In this document: one piece after another, positions 1 to 9,397 of the stretch | Position numbering within the stretch: the stretch's first letter is position 1 | Layout of the letters: every line of letters begins with the position of its first letter | Virus record (IMG/VR): IMGVR_UViG_3300017747_002194 | Span: 64,001 to 91,443 of that record | Strand: one strand, 5' to 3' | Length of the DNA: 27,443 bases | Source: a virus | Taxonomy: Duplodnaviria; Heunggongvirae; Uroviricota; Caudoviricetes | Notes under the pieces: model-generated | The model's database searches: none | What the model was told of the DNA's origin: nothing | Seen by the model: only the letters and a program-made list of their open reading frames with translations | Program-made: the position numbers and the translations under genes

Positions 1-424
1 CTGTACCAAAAGCTGGTGTAAAGTTTGCTAATTTAATAAAATCATAATTAGTCTTTAACCCGCTTTCAATAGTATATTTACCTTGAGTTTGATTAAAATA
101 ATAAAATTCTAATCCATTAGCTAAAGCTGCTAAAGCTCCAAATTGATTAAGTGCAGCTCCTGCATCAGCAATTTCAAATACTATTGTATTAATATAAACA
201 TCATATTCTCTAGCTGCTATATAAAAATCTTGTTGATTTACACTACCATTAATTACCATACTTGTAGTACCTGAACCATTTAGTTTCATATACTCAGCTA
301 TAGGTAGAGTAATCTGCTCAGCTTCTTTTGGAGGTTGAGGAATTACATAGACATTAATAGACCCATCATCTTGGATAGATAAAGTATGTCCTTGCTTCTG
401 ATCGTGTAGACTAGTTTTTAACAT
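1..424 (-). CDS. Partial CDS (runs off the window start); probable virion/tail-associated protein
   Basis: Not in the ORF track. ATG at 424 overlaps the upstream TAA (TAATG). The frame is open to base 1: MLKTSLHDQKQGHTLSIQDDGSINVYVIPQPP...NGSVNQQDFYI...FGALAALANGLEFYYFN...PAFGT. Function inferred from position only. Confidence 0.75.
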   Translation of the reverse strand, partial: MLKTSLHDQKQGHTLSIQDDGSINVYVIPQPPKEAEQITLPIAEYMKLNGSGTTSMVINGSVNQQDFYIAAREYDVYINTIVFEIADAGAALNQFGALAALANGLEFYYFNQTQGKYTIESGLKTNYDFIKLANFTPAFGT

Positions 425-1029
425 TATACTTGACCTTCTTCAGTTTCTAAATAACAAGCTATTGCAAACTCAACTTGCATTGAAGTATTACCTGTCGGAG
501 TTTTAAAATTAATTCCAATACTAGATCCTTTAGGTAAAGTAATTGAACCTGCACTGATAGCTATTCTTTGAGTAGCTGTAGCTAATATACTTTCTAAAGC
601 TTTAGTTCCATCTGTAAAAGTTAATCCGTTAGCTCCTTTATAAGCAGTAACATCTAACGTTCTTGATGAACCGAAGTTTCTATTAGCATTGATTTCAACT
701 GCTGTAGCCCCACTTACAATAGTTCCTGCTGTTGGATTTCTCAATACTGAAACGATGATATTACCACTACCGCCAGTACTAGCTCCTGTTTGATAAAATA
801 TATTAGTAATTACTAAAGGATAATCTTCATTGTTTTTAACATACATTGCAGCGTTAGTTGTTGCAGCATTAGTTAATTCAAATAATCCTGTATTTAAATT
901 AAATGAAGTCCCACCTTGTGAACTATATGATTCTCTATCAGTACTTATTGAATCAACATGTGCTCTACCAGCAACGTCAACTTTCATTCCATAGGATTTA
1001 CCTGTACCATCTTGTATTATCTCTGCCAT
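424..1029 (-). CDS. Putative virion/tail protein, paralog of 1038..1619
   Basis: 201-aa Gly/Thr/Ser-rich beta-type ORF in the tail region; shares DGTG..KV, Y.KN, NPT.GT..SGA, N.NFGS, YKGA, TDG and I.LPK motifs with the neighbouring ORF. Confidence 0.7.
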   Translation of the reverse strand: MAEIIQDGTGKSYGMKVDVAGRAHVDSISTDRESYSSQGGTSFNLNTGLFELTNAATTNAAMYVKNNEDYPLVITNIFYQTGASTGGSGNIIVSVLRNPTAGTIVSGATAVEINANRNFGSSRTLDVTAYKGANGLTFTDGTKALESILATATQRIAISAGSITLPKGSSIGINFKTPTGNTSMQVEFAIACYLETEEGQV

Positions 1030-1037
1030 ATTATTTA

Positions 1038-1619
1038 TTATTTAAAGTGAACATTAACCTCCATACATACTTCTGAAGCTATAGTAGGTTTTACTAAAAA
1101 TGCAACACTTTTATTTTTAGGTAAAATAATTGCATCATTATAATCAGCTATTGTATGTCCTGGTATATGTGTTGTAAATTGAGTAAACCAACTACCATCG
1201 GTGACAGTTGTAGAATCTGCTCCTTTATAACATATTCCATGAAAAGAGTTTGCAGATCCAAAGTTAGAGTTTTCAGAATATCCTGCTGAAGCTCCACTAA
1301 TCAAAGTTCCTGTAGTAGGATTTTTAATTACTTTACACTGAATATCATGCATATCCATAGTCCCTGATAGTGTACCACATAATCTAATATGTTCAATAAA
1401 CATATCTCTACCTTGAGAATCAGTGTTTTTAATATATAAAATACCACTGAATCCAGCAGTTGTAGTTATTGAAATAAATCCTGTAGCTAATACATAAGCT
1501 TCTCCTTCATCAAGTGAAACTTCTGAAATTTCAGTTCTAATAACAGCCGAAGTGTATAATTGATTATGATCATTTACCTTAGCTTTATTACCTGAGCCTG
1601 TGCCATCTTCTAATATCAT
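1038..1619 (-). CDS. Putative virion/tail protein, paralog of 424..1029
   Basis: 193-aa ORF; ATGA overlap with the upstream gene; collinear motifs shared with 424..1029. Confidence 0.7.
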   Translation of the reverse strand: MILEDGTGSGNKAKVNDHNQLYTSAVIRTEISEVSLDEGEAYVLATGFISITTTAGFSGILYIKNTDSQGRDMFIEHIRLCGTLSGTMDMHDIQCKVIKNPTTGTLISGASAGYSENSNFGSANSFHGICYKGADSTTVTDGSWFTQFTTHIPGHTIADYNDAIILPKNKSVAFLVKPTIASEVCMEVNVHFK

Positions 1620-2005
1620 TGGTATATTTTTTTAAGTGTTTTATTTATTTGTTGTAATTCCTCATAAATCAAATTAAGTAATTCTATTTGAGTATACAAA
1701 TTAAGATTTGAAATATCTTGTTTAGTTTCAGAACTAGCTCCTGTAGGTAATGGTAAATCAACAGCACTAATTGGCTGTGTATGAGCACTACCATCTACTA
1801 ATTGAGTATCTGAAGGTTTAGTCCTTTCAGCTAATGTAGCATCTTTACTTGCACCTACAGGTAGAGCAGGATTACCACTACGCAGTGTTAAAGTTTTAGC
1901 ATAGGTTCCTACCCATACTAATCCATTATCCTGAATATATAGTTCACCTTGTCTAGCACTTCTACTAGAATTTATACTACTTATTTCCTGTGATGTATAA
2001 GCCAT
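1616..2005 (-). CDS. Hypothetical protein (late module)
   Basis: 129-aa ORF coupled to both neighbours (TAATG at 2005, ATGA at 1616-1619); amphipathic helical C-terminus. Confidence 0.65.
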   Translation of the reverse strand: MAYTSQEISSINSSRSARQGELYIQDNGLVWVGTYAKTLTLRSGNPALPVGASKDATLAERTKPSDTQLVDGSAHTQPISAVDLPLPTGASSETKQDISNLNLYTQIELLNLIYEELQQINKTLKKIYQ

Positions 2006-2202
2006 TACTTCTTAGTTTTAAGATCAATCCACTCTTTTCTCCACTTCCAAATAGTATAAGCCATAGTAATCCCAAGACCTATAATACCTAGGAAATCTTT
2101 ATATTGTGCTAATGTGTAACTTCCTAATAACATAAGTGCTGAGTCAAATAGGTCTAATGCTTTTGATAATTTTTGATGTAAGATGTCTAAAAAATGTTTC
2201 AT
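2005..2202 (-). CDS. Small membrane protein, holin candidate
   Basis: 65 aa with hydrophobic segments (SALMLLGSYTLA; FLGIIGLGITMAYTIW) and a basic C-terminus (KWRKEWIDLKTKK); in the late operon. No endolysin seen in the window. Confidence 0.45.
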   Translation of the reverse strand: MKHFLDILHQKLSKALDLFDSALMLLGSYTLAQYKDFLGIIGLGITMAYTIWKWRKEWIDLKTKK

Positions 2203-2239
2203 TTATATAATATTTTATAATTCTATTTTTCTACTACTA

Positions 2240-2443
2240 TTACTCATTTATAGCTAATAAAAGCTCATCACTATTTTTATATACAATACTATTTAATTCA
2301 GTATCATCCGCCAAAAAACAAAAGCAAATATTGTTTTCCATATTAACGTGTACTGTATTATTATCTATTTTTTCACTTGACAAATAATTATATTCATTAC
2401 CTTTGAACATGATTAAATTATTAATTTTAATTAAAATCTCCAT
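2240..2443 (-). CDS. Hypothetical protein
   Basis: 67-aa ORF starting 1 nt after the upstream stop, co-oriented with the operon. Confidence 0.55.
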   Translation of the reverse strand: MEILIKINNLIMFKGNEYNYLSSEKIDNNTVHVNMENNICFCFLADDTELNSIVYKNSDELLLAINE

Positions 2444-2444
2444 T

Positions 2445-3380
2445 TTATTTTGTCATTTTTCTTGATGAAACCAAAAATTGATCTCCTGTATTTCCTAAAG
2501 TAATTGCAAAAATTATCCAAAGCGAACCAAGGTTAACTGTAGCATCTGTATAATTTGAAAACACACCATAATCATTAAGTAAAGAACTTGCTGCACCTTT
2601 TACTCTAATTGATGTGCTAGATTTAACTATTAATTGTCTTCTAAAATCTGCTATATTAAGTCCGCTAAATCCGTAAGTATAAACACCAATAACTGTTGCT
2701 CCTGAAAGAGAGTTTGAAGAGTTTAAATAATACCTAACAGTGGCAGCTGTTGAGCCACTAACACGAACAACGTCGGAAATAATTTCTGCAATATCGCCAC
2801 TATATAATTTATTAGAAATATCTTCACTAAATACTATTGTATTAGTAAGAGTACCTGTATGTGTTGCTGTATCTGTTGCTGTTTTAAATAAAATTTCAAC
2901 TCTATTATCTAACTGCGCTTGAGCATCACTTGTTAAATTCTTAATATAAGCAGATCCTTCTGCTACAGTTTCAATAATATTATCATAAGTTAAATTACTA
3001 TAATTAATAGCTTTAATCTTAATAGAATATATTAATGCTACATTAGTATCTGTATAAGTTCCTGATGCTACCCAAGCTCCTGTAGTTTCATTTAAACTAG
3101 CAGTTACTATTGTACCACCAGATGTTTGAGGGCTTTCAAAAGTCGGTTTATTTGAGCCATCAATCTTTGAAAGAACGCAGTTACCCGATAACCCAAATTC
3201 CCCTGCATTGATAGTTGCTCCTGTTGGAAGCGTGAGGCTTCCGCTTGCTCCTGAGATAATCTCATAATATGTAACCTTGTATTCATTGTCTTCTAAAACT
3301 GTTACTCGTGCTGGTATAGAAGGATCTCCTGCACCACCACTTGTAAATATTCTTTTATTTTGTTTTAATGTTGAACTCAT
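2445..3380 (-). CDS. Putative tail fibre/virion structural protein
   Basis: 311 aa, Thr/Ser/Gly-rich and beta-strand-like; C-terminal domain TATHTGTLTNTIVFS...SGD...; located in the tail module. Confidence 0.6.
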   Translation of the reverse strand: MSSTLKQNKRIFTSGGAGDPSIPARVTVLEDNEYKVTYYEIISGASGSLTLPTGATINAGEFGLSGNCVLSKIDGSNKPTFESPQTSGGTIVTASLNETTGAWVASGTYTDTNVALIYSIKIKAINYSNLTYDNIIETVAEGSAYIKNLTSDAQAQLDNRVEILFKTATDTATHTGTLTNTIVFSEDISNKLYSGDIAEIISDVVRVSGSTAATVRYYLNSSNSLSGATVIGVYTYGFSGLNIADFRRQLIVKSSTSIRVKGAASSLLNDYGVFSNYTDATVNLGSLWIIFAITLGNTGDQFLVSSRKMTK

Positions 3381-3382
3381 TA

Positions 3383-3724
3383 TTAGTTAAATTTACCATC
3401 TAAATATGCTTTCATTATAATGTAAGCACAATAAGAATCAAATGAATTTATATTTTTTTCTCTCATTGCGTTAAAATCATTTAACAAACCTTTCCAATAA
3501 TCATATTCTCCAATTCCTTCTAGTATGTTAGAATTATCCAAAGTTATTAAAAAAATATCTTTTGTCAAAATATTTGTAGCAATAAAATCATTAGTTTCTT
3601 TATTATAGTAATTTAAATTACAATCTAATAAAATAGTTTTATCTACTTTATTATCTACAAACTTAACAAATTCTATTTCTCTTTTAAGTCCTGATTTAGG
3701 ACAAATATCGTCTTTTACTATCAT
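3383..3724 (-). CDS. Hypothetical protein (possible fibre assembly chaperone)
   Basis: 113-aa charged ORF between two fibre-like genes; TAATG overlap at 3724. The chaperone role is positional inference. Confidence 0.55.
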   Translation of the reverse strand: MIVKDDICPKSGLKREIEFVKFVDNKVDKTILLDCNLNYYNKETNDFIATNILTKDIFLITLDNSNILEGIGEYDYWKGLLNDFNAMREKNINSFDSYCAYIIMKAYLDGKFN

Positions 3725-5199
3725 TACTCGTGGTATAAGTTAGGTGAAACTACAAATTGTAATACTTGTGAAGCTGTAGCAGCACCAGATAATATCTTTA
3801 CAATAACACCAACAAATTCACCTGGATTAACTACAACAGGTGCTTCAAAATCAAAGTTACAAGTCATAGGAGCTGCTTGTCCAATTACAGCTGAAACAGG
3901 TATTGTTAATACACCTAAAGGTTGTACACGTCTAATCTTAGTAGTACCTGTAGCAAATGAAGCTGATTCTGTAGTAGCTAAAGAAGCTGCTGTTGAACCC
4001 CATGCAAGAGCTACTGCATACGTTGTAGGAACAGTTGCAGAGTTAGCTGCACCAGCATTTACTAAATCAACTGCAATACCTCTAACAAACATTGTTCTAG
4101 CAGTTTGGTTAACACCACCTAATGGGTTTTGGTAGCTTGAGATAACAATATCTGTAGCAGATGTAGCAGCAGCATTTAATTGAAATATACCTCCTAAGAA
4201 AGCTCCTAATGCAGCAGTAGTATTTGTACCAGCAGCCGCAGTTGGTAAAGTTGTATTAGCCCATTGTATTTGTTGAGCACCATTGGTATAAGTACCACCA
4301 TCCAATGTTTGTAATCCTAAACCAGAACCTGCCATTTGACTAGCCCAAGTTTTATTAGTTGCAATATCCATTAAAGTAACTGTAACATCACTCACTTTAA
4401 CAATCATATTTGGAGAAGAACCTACTAAAGCAGCATTGTATTTAGTAATAAATAATGGTAATGTTGTAGATAAGAATGCTTGTCCTTGAGCTACAGGTAA
4501 AATTTGTTCACCATATAATACATCATCAATCCAATATTCAACTTCTCTTTCACCAATCACCATTGCATATTTAGCATTACTATTTAAAGGAATATCTGCA
4601 ACAGTAGCTATTAGTGTTGTTTTAGCAACTACACCACTATTATATCTAATACACCCTTTTAATCCATCTGAAGTTAATTCAAACCATACTCCATCTGCAG
4701 GTTCAGCAGCAGCTACAGCTACACCTAATCCTGCTAAAAATACTTCATTAACTGTAGGTAACATTGTAAATGAACCTGTTAATTCAACACATACAGGAGC
4801 TGTACCTATTAATGGAAAGTATCTCCAAGATTGTAAAAAAGCATAGTTACCTGAAACAGTTGATGTACCAGCAGCATTTACATTTAAAAAACCAGCTGAC
4901 TGAGTCATGGTCATAGTAGTAAATGCGTGTTTCCATAAACCTGTATTCTGTGTAGTAGCATTGAAAGTATGTGTAAATAACACAGTATCTACACCAACTC
5001 TAGTTCTATAATCTTGAGAAATTTCACCTGATTTTAAATAAGGAGTACCTGTTTTTGTACCAGGATCATTTTCTTGAAATGCTCTTACAACACCTACATT
5101 AGTAGGATTTGTCGCAGCATCAGTTTCTAAAACTACTTTAGCTGCATTAAAACTATTTACTTCTTGTTCATACGTTGAACCTTTAACTCTTATACTCAT
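3724..5199 (-). CDS. Putative tail spike/fibre (virion structural) protein
   Basis: 491 aa, Ala/Thr/Gly/Val-rich with few charged residues and predicted all-beta modules; TAATG-coupled on both sides. Confidence 0.6.
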   Translation of the reverse strand: MSIRVKGSTYEQEVNSFNAAKVVLETDAATNPTNVGVVRAFQENDPGTKTGTPYLKSGEISQDYRTRVGVDTVLFTHTFNATTQNTGLWKHAFTTMTMTQSAGFLNVNAAGTSTVSGNYAFLQSWRYFPLIGTAPVCVELTGSFTMLPTVNEVFLAGLGVAVAAAEPADGVWFELTSDGLKGCIRYNSGVVAKTTLIATVADIPLNSNAKYAMVIGEREVEYWIDDVLYGEQILPVAQGQAFLSTTLPLFITKYNAALVGSSPNMIVKVSDVTVTLMDIATNKTWASQMAGSGLGLQTLDGGTYTNGAQQIQWANTTLPTAAAGTNTTAALGAFLGGIFQLNAAATSATDIVISSYQNPLGGVNQTARTMFVRGIAVDLVNAGAANSATVPTTYAVALAWGSTAASLATTESASFATGTTKIRRVQPLGVLTIPVSAVIGQAAPMTCNFDFEAPVVVNPGEFVGVIVKILSGAATASQVLQFVVSPNLYHE

Positions 5200-5762
5200 T
5201 ATATTATTTCTTTATAAGTTATTTTATATCTTCCCCAAGTTAAATTATGAGCAACTGCTATAATATCAAAACTTGTATTAGGAACTATGTTATATACTGA
5301 AGCTATTATATTTTCTAAATAAACATCTTCTCCATCATGATCAGTACCATCATTTTCTACTGTACATACAAATTTAGTTGTAGATAATACATTTAAGTTT
5401 GGTACAGTAGTTACTACTAAATCATTCTCACTAAGTATACCATCTTTACCAAAATCAATATTTATTGTACCTGATATTAATTCTAATTTAGTTATAATAC
5501 TAGTTTTAGTTTCATCACCAGTATTAGTCCCGCTAGTGTTTTGAATAACAACTAATTCTGCATCAGTTACATAATTTCTATCAGTACTAGGATCAACATC
5601 TGCAGTAGTTGCTGTATCATCTAGTTTACCATCTAAAGCTGTTTGTAAATCAGTTTGATCAGATAATGTACCAGTAATAGCTCCCCAAGCAGCTGCAGCT
5701 CCTCCACCACTAGCAATTGTACTAGTGAATAGTTTGAATCTTTTTAATAAGTTATTACTCAT
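5199..5762 (-). CDS. Putative fibre-like virion protein
   Basis: 187 aa; contains WGAITGTLSDQTDLQTALDGK and VTDAE...SGTNTGD segments of the kind common in phage fibre shafts. Confidence 0.6.
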   Translation of the reverse strand: MSNNLLKRFKLFTSTIASGGGAAAAWGAITGTLSDQTDLQTALDGKLDDTATTADVDPSTDRNYVTDAELVVIQNTSGTNTGDETKTSIITKLELISGTINIDFGKDGILSENDLVVTTVPNLNVLSTTKFVCTVENDGTDHDGEDVYLENIIASVYNIVPNTSFDIIAVAHNLTWGRYKITYKEII

Positions 5763-5770
5763 TATAGTTA

Positions 5771-6124
5771 TTATTTATAATATTGTACATTTAATTTATG
5801 TGTACCAGCACCAACTTGAATAGCTCTAAAGTTAATTAAGTTAGGTCTACCAGTTACATCAAAAGCATCTAAATTACTTCTTCTAATACCTGTACTAGCT
5901 GTTGGTAATGTACCTTCACCTAATTCCAAATATCTTACTGCAGGAGTAGTAATACTAGATTCTACTTCAATTAATGCATATTTTGCATCTGCAGGAATTG
6001 AAGCTAATGATACAGCTGTTCCAGCTACAGTTAATTGCTCATAACCACAAGCTATTAAATTATATTTATTGAGTCTTACCAGTTCTGATAAGTAACTCTT
6101 GGATTGATTTCCAAATTCACTCAT
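5771..6124 (-). CDS. Small virion-associated protein
   Basis: 117-aa ORF, beta-rich pattern (YEQLTVAGTAVSL...VRY...PTASTG...FRAIQ...LNVQYY), within the structural operon. Confidence 0.6.
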   Translation of the reverse strand: MSEFGNQSKSYLSELVRLNKYNLIACGYEQLTVAGTAVSLASIPADAKYALIEVESSITTPAVRYLELGEGTLPTASTGIRRSNLDAFDVTGRPNLINFRAIQVGAGTHKLNVQYYK

Positions 6125-6136
6125 TTTATTTAAATT

Positions 6137-6754
6137 TTATTGGTTTAATTGACATTCACAGATATCACATGCATTCATTACATATGCTACCATTTGATTA
6201 AATTGATCTTCTGTTATACAATTTGTTGGTGTACAAACACCTGTTTGATATATTGCTATATCTAGACTACTATTTAAAATCCCTATAGGATATATATAAA
6301 CTGAGTAGTTAATTTCAGTAACATCACAAGATGCTTCTAATTCTAAATAAGAATATCTAGGATTACTAGTATCAGGATCTTCCCAATAGTAATAGTCTAT
6401 AATATTTGGTATAGTATCTAATATATCTCCTATAATTTCAAATCTAGTTTTAACTCCATCTCCTACTGCACTATATTCTACACCATTAACAGTGATTACA
6501 TATAATCTATTAGGATTAGATATCGCTCTAAATATAGCAGCATCATATAATGATTTATATCTAAATTTACTATTTGTAGCATCAATCTTATAGCAACGTA
6601 ATGTATCTATATAATCATTAAGTAATTTAAGTTTAACTAACTCAGAATCAGCACAAGTATTACCTATAGAATACATCTTAGATAATTTTGCAGATAATTC
6701 TGACACACAACAAAGTGCATTAGTTAATACTATATTTAAGTTTGTACTAGTCAT
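6137..6754 (-). CDS. Cys-rich virion protein, tail-hub-B-like
   Basis: 205 aa with Cys-rich helical termini (ALCC...C...LRCY; CTPTNCITEDQFNQMV...CDICEC) flanking a Tyr-rich middle. Resemblance to Crassvirales tail hub proteins is recalled, not searched. Confidence 0.45.
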   Translation of the reverse strand: MTSTNLNIVLTNALCCVSELSAKLSKMYSIGNTCADSELVKLKLLNDYIDTLRCYKIDATNSKFRYKSLYDAAIFRAISNPNRLYVITVNGVEYSAVGDGVKTRFEIIGDILDTIPNIIDYYYWEDPDTSNPRYSYLELEASCDVTEINYSVYIYPIGILNSSLDIAIYQTGVCTPTNCITEDQFNQMVAYVMNACDICECQLNQ

Positions 6755-7338
6755 TATAGATTATATTTATATAAACTGCATTTTCTTAATACTAATTGAT
6801 TAGCACTAGCTGAAGCATCATTTTGACCTGTTACTTCAAAAGTATGAGCTGATGTTAAATTTAAAGTAGAACTTGTTACTGAAAGTAAACTAATAGACAT
6901 AGCTCCTAAAGCATTAATAGTTTTTTGTTCAATAGTCCATAATTGATTAGTTGCATCAATTCTAGATATTTTAACTGTTATAAAGTTTAAAGTATTTTCA
7001 GCACCTGTTATAGCTAAAGTAACAATTTTAACCCCTAATTTAATTCTTAATGTTGTAGCATCATTAGCTGTATAAGCATAATAGATATAAGCTTCTAATT
7101 CATCTCCGTTAGTACTTAACTCTCCTGCACTTAAATTATAAGTATATAAAGTTTTTTCTAATAGATCTGCATCAGTACCTACACCTGTTAAGTTATTATA
7201 TGAACCAAGTATTACTACACCATTTGCTCCATTTGTTCCATTACTACCATTAGAGCCAGCAGCACCAGTTGCTCCTGTGGCTCCAGTAGCTCCTGTTGGA
7301 CCTACAGGTATTGTTATTTCATTACAATCTGTACACAT
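6754..7338 (-). CDS. Collagen-like (Gly-X-Y) fibre protein
   Basis: N-terminal CxxC (MCTDC), about 10 Gly-X-Y triplets (GPTGATGATGATGAAGSNGSNGTNGANG), then a beta-sandwich-like C-terminal domain. Confidence 0.7.
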   Translation of the reverse strand: MCTDCNEITIPVGPTGATGATGATGAAGSNGSNGTNGANGVVILGSYNNLTGVGTDADLLEKTLYTYNLSAGELSTNGDELEAYIYYAYTANDATTLRIKLGVKIVTLAITGAENTLNFITVKISRIDATNQLWTIEQKTINALGAMSISLLSVTSSTLNLTSAHTFEVTGQNDASASANQLVLRKCSLYKYNL

Positions 7339-7370
7339 AAGTTATATATTTAATATAGTGTTTTTATTTG

Positions 7371-7943
7371 TTATTTGCAAGTTTTACACCCATTATTTAA
7401 GCATAATTTATCTACTATTTTCTTAATAGCGTTAAAATTATCCACATCTCCACAAGCTGCTGCTTTTTTAAGAGATTCTAATTGAGTCCAAGCAAGGATA
7501 TAATCCTTATAGGATTGAGTTTCTTTACAACAATCACATGTTTCTACATTAGGTTGCATTTGTTTAATACAACATTCTGAATTACAGTAGAAATATTTAT
7601 AGATTGTTTTAGTGTAAGTATCTACACCATCACTTACTGTATATACAAATAACCATTCTCCATCTTCAATAGATGTAGGACTACCTATACTAGATAATGG
7701 AATATCATAGTATTGTGATGTATTATAAGTAGGGAATAAAGATGTAACAAATAAATCTAAAGTATAAGTAACTCCATCAGGATTAGTTATAGTTAATGTA
7801 GCACTAGTCATAGCACTATCTAAAGGGTTAGGGGTACCATAACCTGTAGTATTACTTGAGTTATAAACACCTGTAGTTTCAGTAAATCTTATTTGAGAAC
7901 AAGAGTTAATTACACAGGTTGAAAAATTAAGTTGTAATGCCAT
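7371..7943 (-). CDS. Cys-rich virion protein, tail-hub-A-like
   Basis: 190 aa: Ig-like N-terminal half, Cys-rich helical C-terminus (CNSECC...CDCC...ACGD...LCLNNGCKTCK); follows the auxiliary-capsid-like gene. Family resemblance is recalled, not searched. Confidence 0.5.
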   Translation of the reverse strand: MALQLNFSTCVINSCSQIRFTETTGVYNSSNTTGYGTPNPLDSAMTSATLTITNPDGVTYTLDLFVTSLFPTYNTSQYYDIPLSSIGSPTSIEDGEWLFVYTVSDGVDTYTKTIYKYFYCNSECCIKQMQPNVETCDCCKETQSYKDYILAWTQLESLKKAAACGDVDNFNAIKKIVDKLCLNNGCKTCK

Positions 7944-7962
7944 TGTTTTGTTAAATTTTAAG

Positions 7963-8011
7963 TAAAAAATAAAGCCCCTGGAAACTTTAAGGAAAGAAAA
8001 ACCAGGGGCTT
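7963..8011 (-). terminator. Rho-independent terminator after the 8081..9355 gene
   Basis: 10-bp perfect stem AAGCCCCTGG/CCAGGGGCTT (7972-7981/8002-8011) with a 20-nt loop, followed on the minus strand by TATTTTTT. A second hairpin TATACCA/TGGTATA lies at ~8042-8059. Confidence 0.85.
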
Positions 8012-8080
8012 ATTATACTAATTAAGGCTTTAAAAGTTTGATATACCAGTCTTTGGTATAATAAGTTAGCTTTCTAAGGA

Positions 8081-9355
8081 CTAGAATGCTAATGTTGCAG
8101 GAGCAGCTGGAGTGCTAGCTAACCAAGTATTTAACTTAGAGATCAATGAAGCACCTTCAGTTGAACTTGTAGTTAAAGAAGCGGCAGCTGAAGTAGTCCA
8201 TGCAGCAGCAGTATTAATTGCTGGAGTAGCAACGTAAATAGATTTTTGAGCTAATGCTTGAACATCTGCACCAGATGTAAAAGTATTATCAGCAAATGTT
8301 AATACAATTACTGAGTAGAAACAACGTACTTTAGCTTTATCACCAGCAGTAATAGTAGCAGATAATGGAGTAGTTAACCATACAGAAGTACCAGCAGCAT
8401 TCATATATTTAACTTCATAATTAGCACCATCTAATTCTACTAATTCACCTACGCGGATAAATCCTGAGATATCAGCAGCAAAAGTTACTTTATCTTCTGA
8501 AATAGTTCCTGACACGTTTACACCTGTAGCACCAGATAAAATAGCTGTAGAGCTTACTTTTAATTTAGGTGTTTGAGCAGGCCATAGTCTACGGTTAGAT
8601 AAACCTTCGTATTGGTATTCAAAGTTCTCTTTATTATACACTTGATTATAAGTACCAGTTCCATAAGAATTAGCTACAATTTGAGTACAAGTAGTAGTAG
8701 TTCCAAACCCTGTTGAGTCATCAACATGAACTGAGAAATATACACGATTTTCTTTGTAAGTACTAGATTGGAATTGTTCAATGTCTTTAGCAGTGATTTC
8801 AACACCATAATTAGTTGCGCCTGTTAAACCATAAACACCAGTACCATCACCTACAACAATTGCAGAAATTAATGTTTTAAATCCACCATTATTAATAATA
8901 GCAGCTGCTTGAGTAGCGATACTTAATTGACTAGCTGTTGCAGAAGAAATAAAGTTAATTCTTAATACTTCAGGTCTTTCAGAATATAAAGATTTATCAT
9001 TCTTAAAACGAATACTTGCTGTATAATCTGAATCATTATTTACTTCAATAGAACCTGTAGCAGTTTTACGATTATATCCTAAAGCCCATACTTCACGAGT
9101 TGCTGGTTTGTAAGCTTCTGCACGAGCAGATACCACTGAGCGACCATTAATCCACATAGATTTTTTGAATGTTCCATCAGAATAAGTTTCTGAAAATTGA
9201 ATAGAATCAGCAGCTCCACCAGCTGAATAAGCTGAAGCTAAGATAGCTTGGTTAGAATTAAATAATCCTAATTTACCTACTGTTAGTGTGTTTACATCAG
9301 CTTCTAATGCTGAACCATTACCCACAAAAATGTTTGTTACTTTATGAATTGACAT
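8081..9355 (-). CDS. Abundant virion structural protein, probable auxiliary capsid protein of crAss-like phages
   Basis: 424 aa, Ala/Thr/Ser-rich; three genes downstream of the MCP-adjacent gene and followed by a strong terminator; central Ig-like segment. Identity inferred from synteny. Confidence 0.55.
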   Translation of the reverse strand: MSIHKVTNIFVGNGSALEADVNTLTVGKLGLFNSNQAILASAYSAGGAADSIQFSETYSDGTFKKSMWINGRSVVSARAEAYKPATREVWALGYNRKTATGSIEVNNDSDYTASIRFKNDKSLYSERPEVLRINFISSATASQLSIATQAAAIINNGGFKTLISAIVVGDGTGVYGLTGATNYGVEITAKDIEQFQSSTYKENRVYFSVHVDDSTGFGTTTTCTQIVANSYGTGTYNQVYNKENFEYQYEGLSNRRLWPAQTPKLKVSSTAILSGATGVNVSGTISEDKVTFAADISGFIRVGELVELDGANYEVKYMNAAGTSVWLTTPLSATITAGDKAKVRCFYSVIVLTFADNTFTSGADVQALAQKSIYVATPAINTAAAWTTSAAASLTTSSTEGASLISKLNTWLASTPAAPATLAF

Positions 9356-9397
9356 TTGTTTTAAATTTTATAATTTATTATTTAAGATATTATTTGA

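Noticed and set aside
2740-2922. Plus-strand 60-aa ORF
   Set aside because: Antisense shadow inside 2445..3380.
7225-7305. Short tandem nucleotide repeats
   Set aside because: Explained by Gly-X-Y collagen codons.
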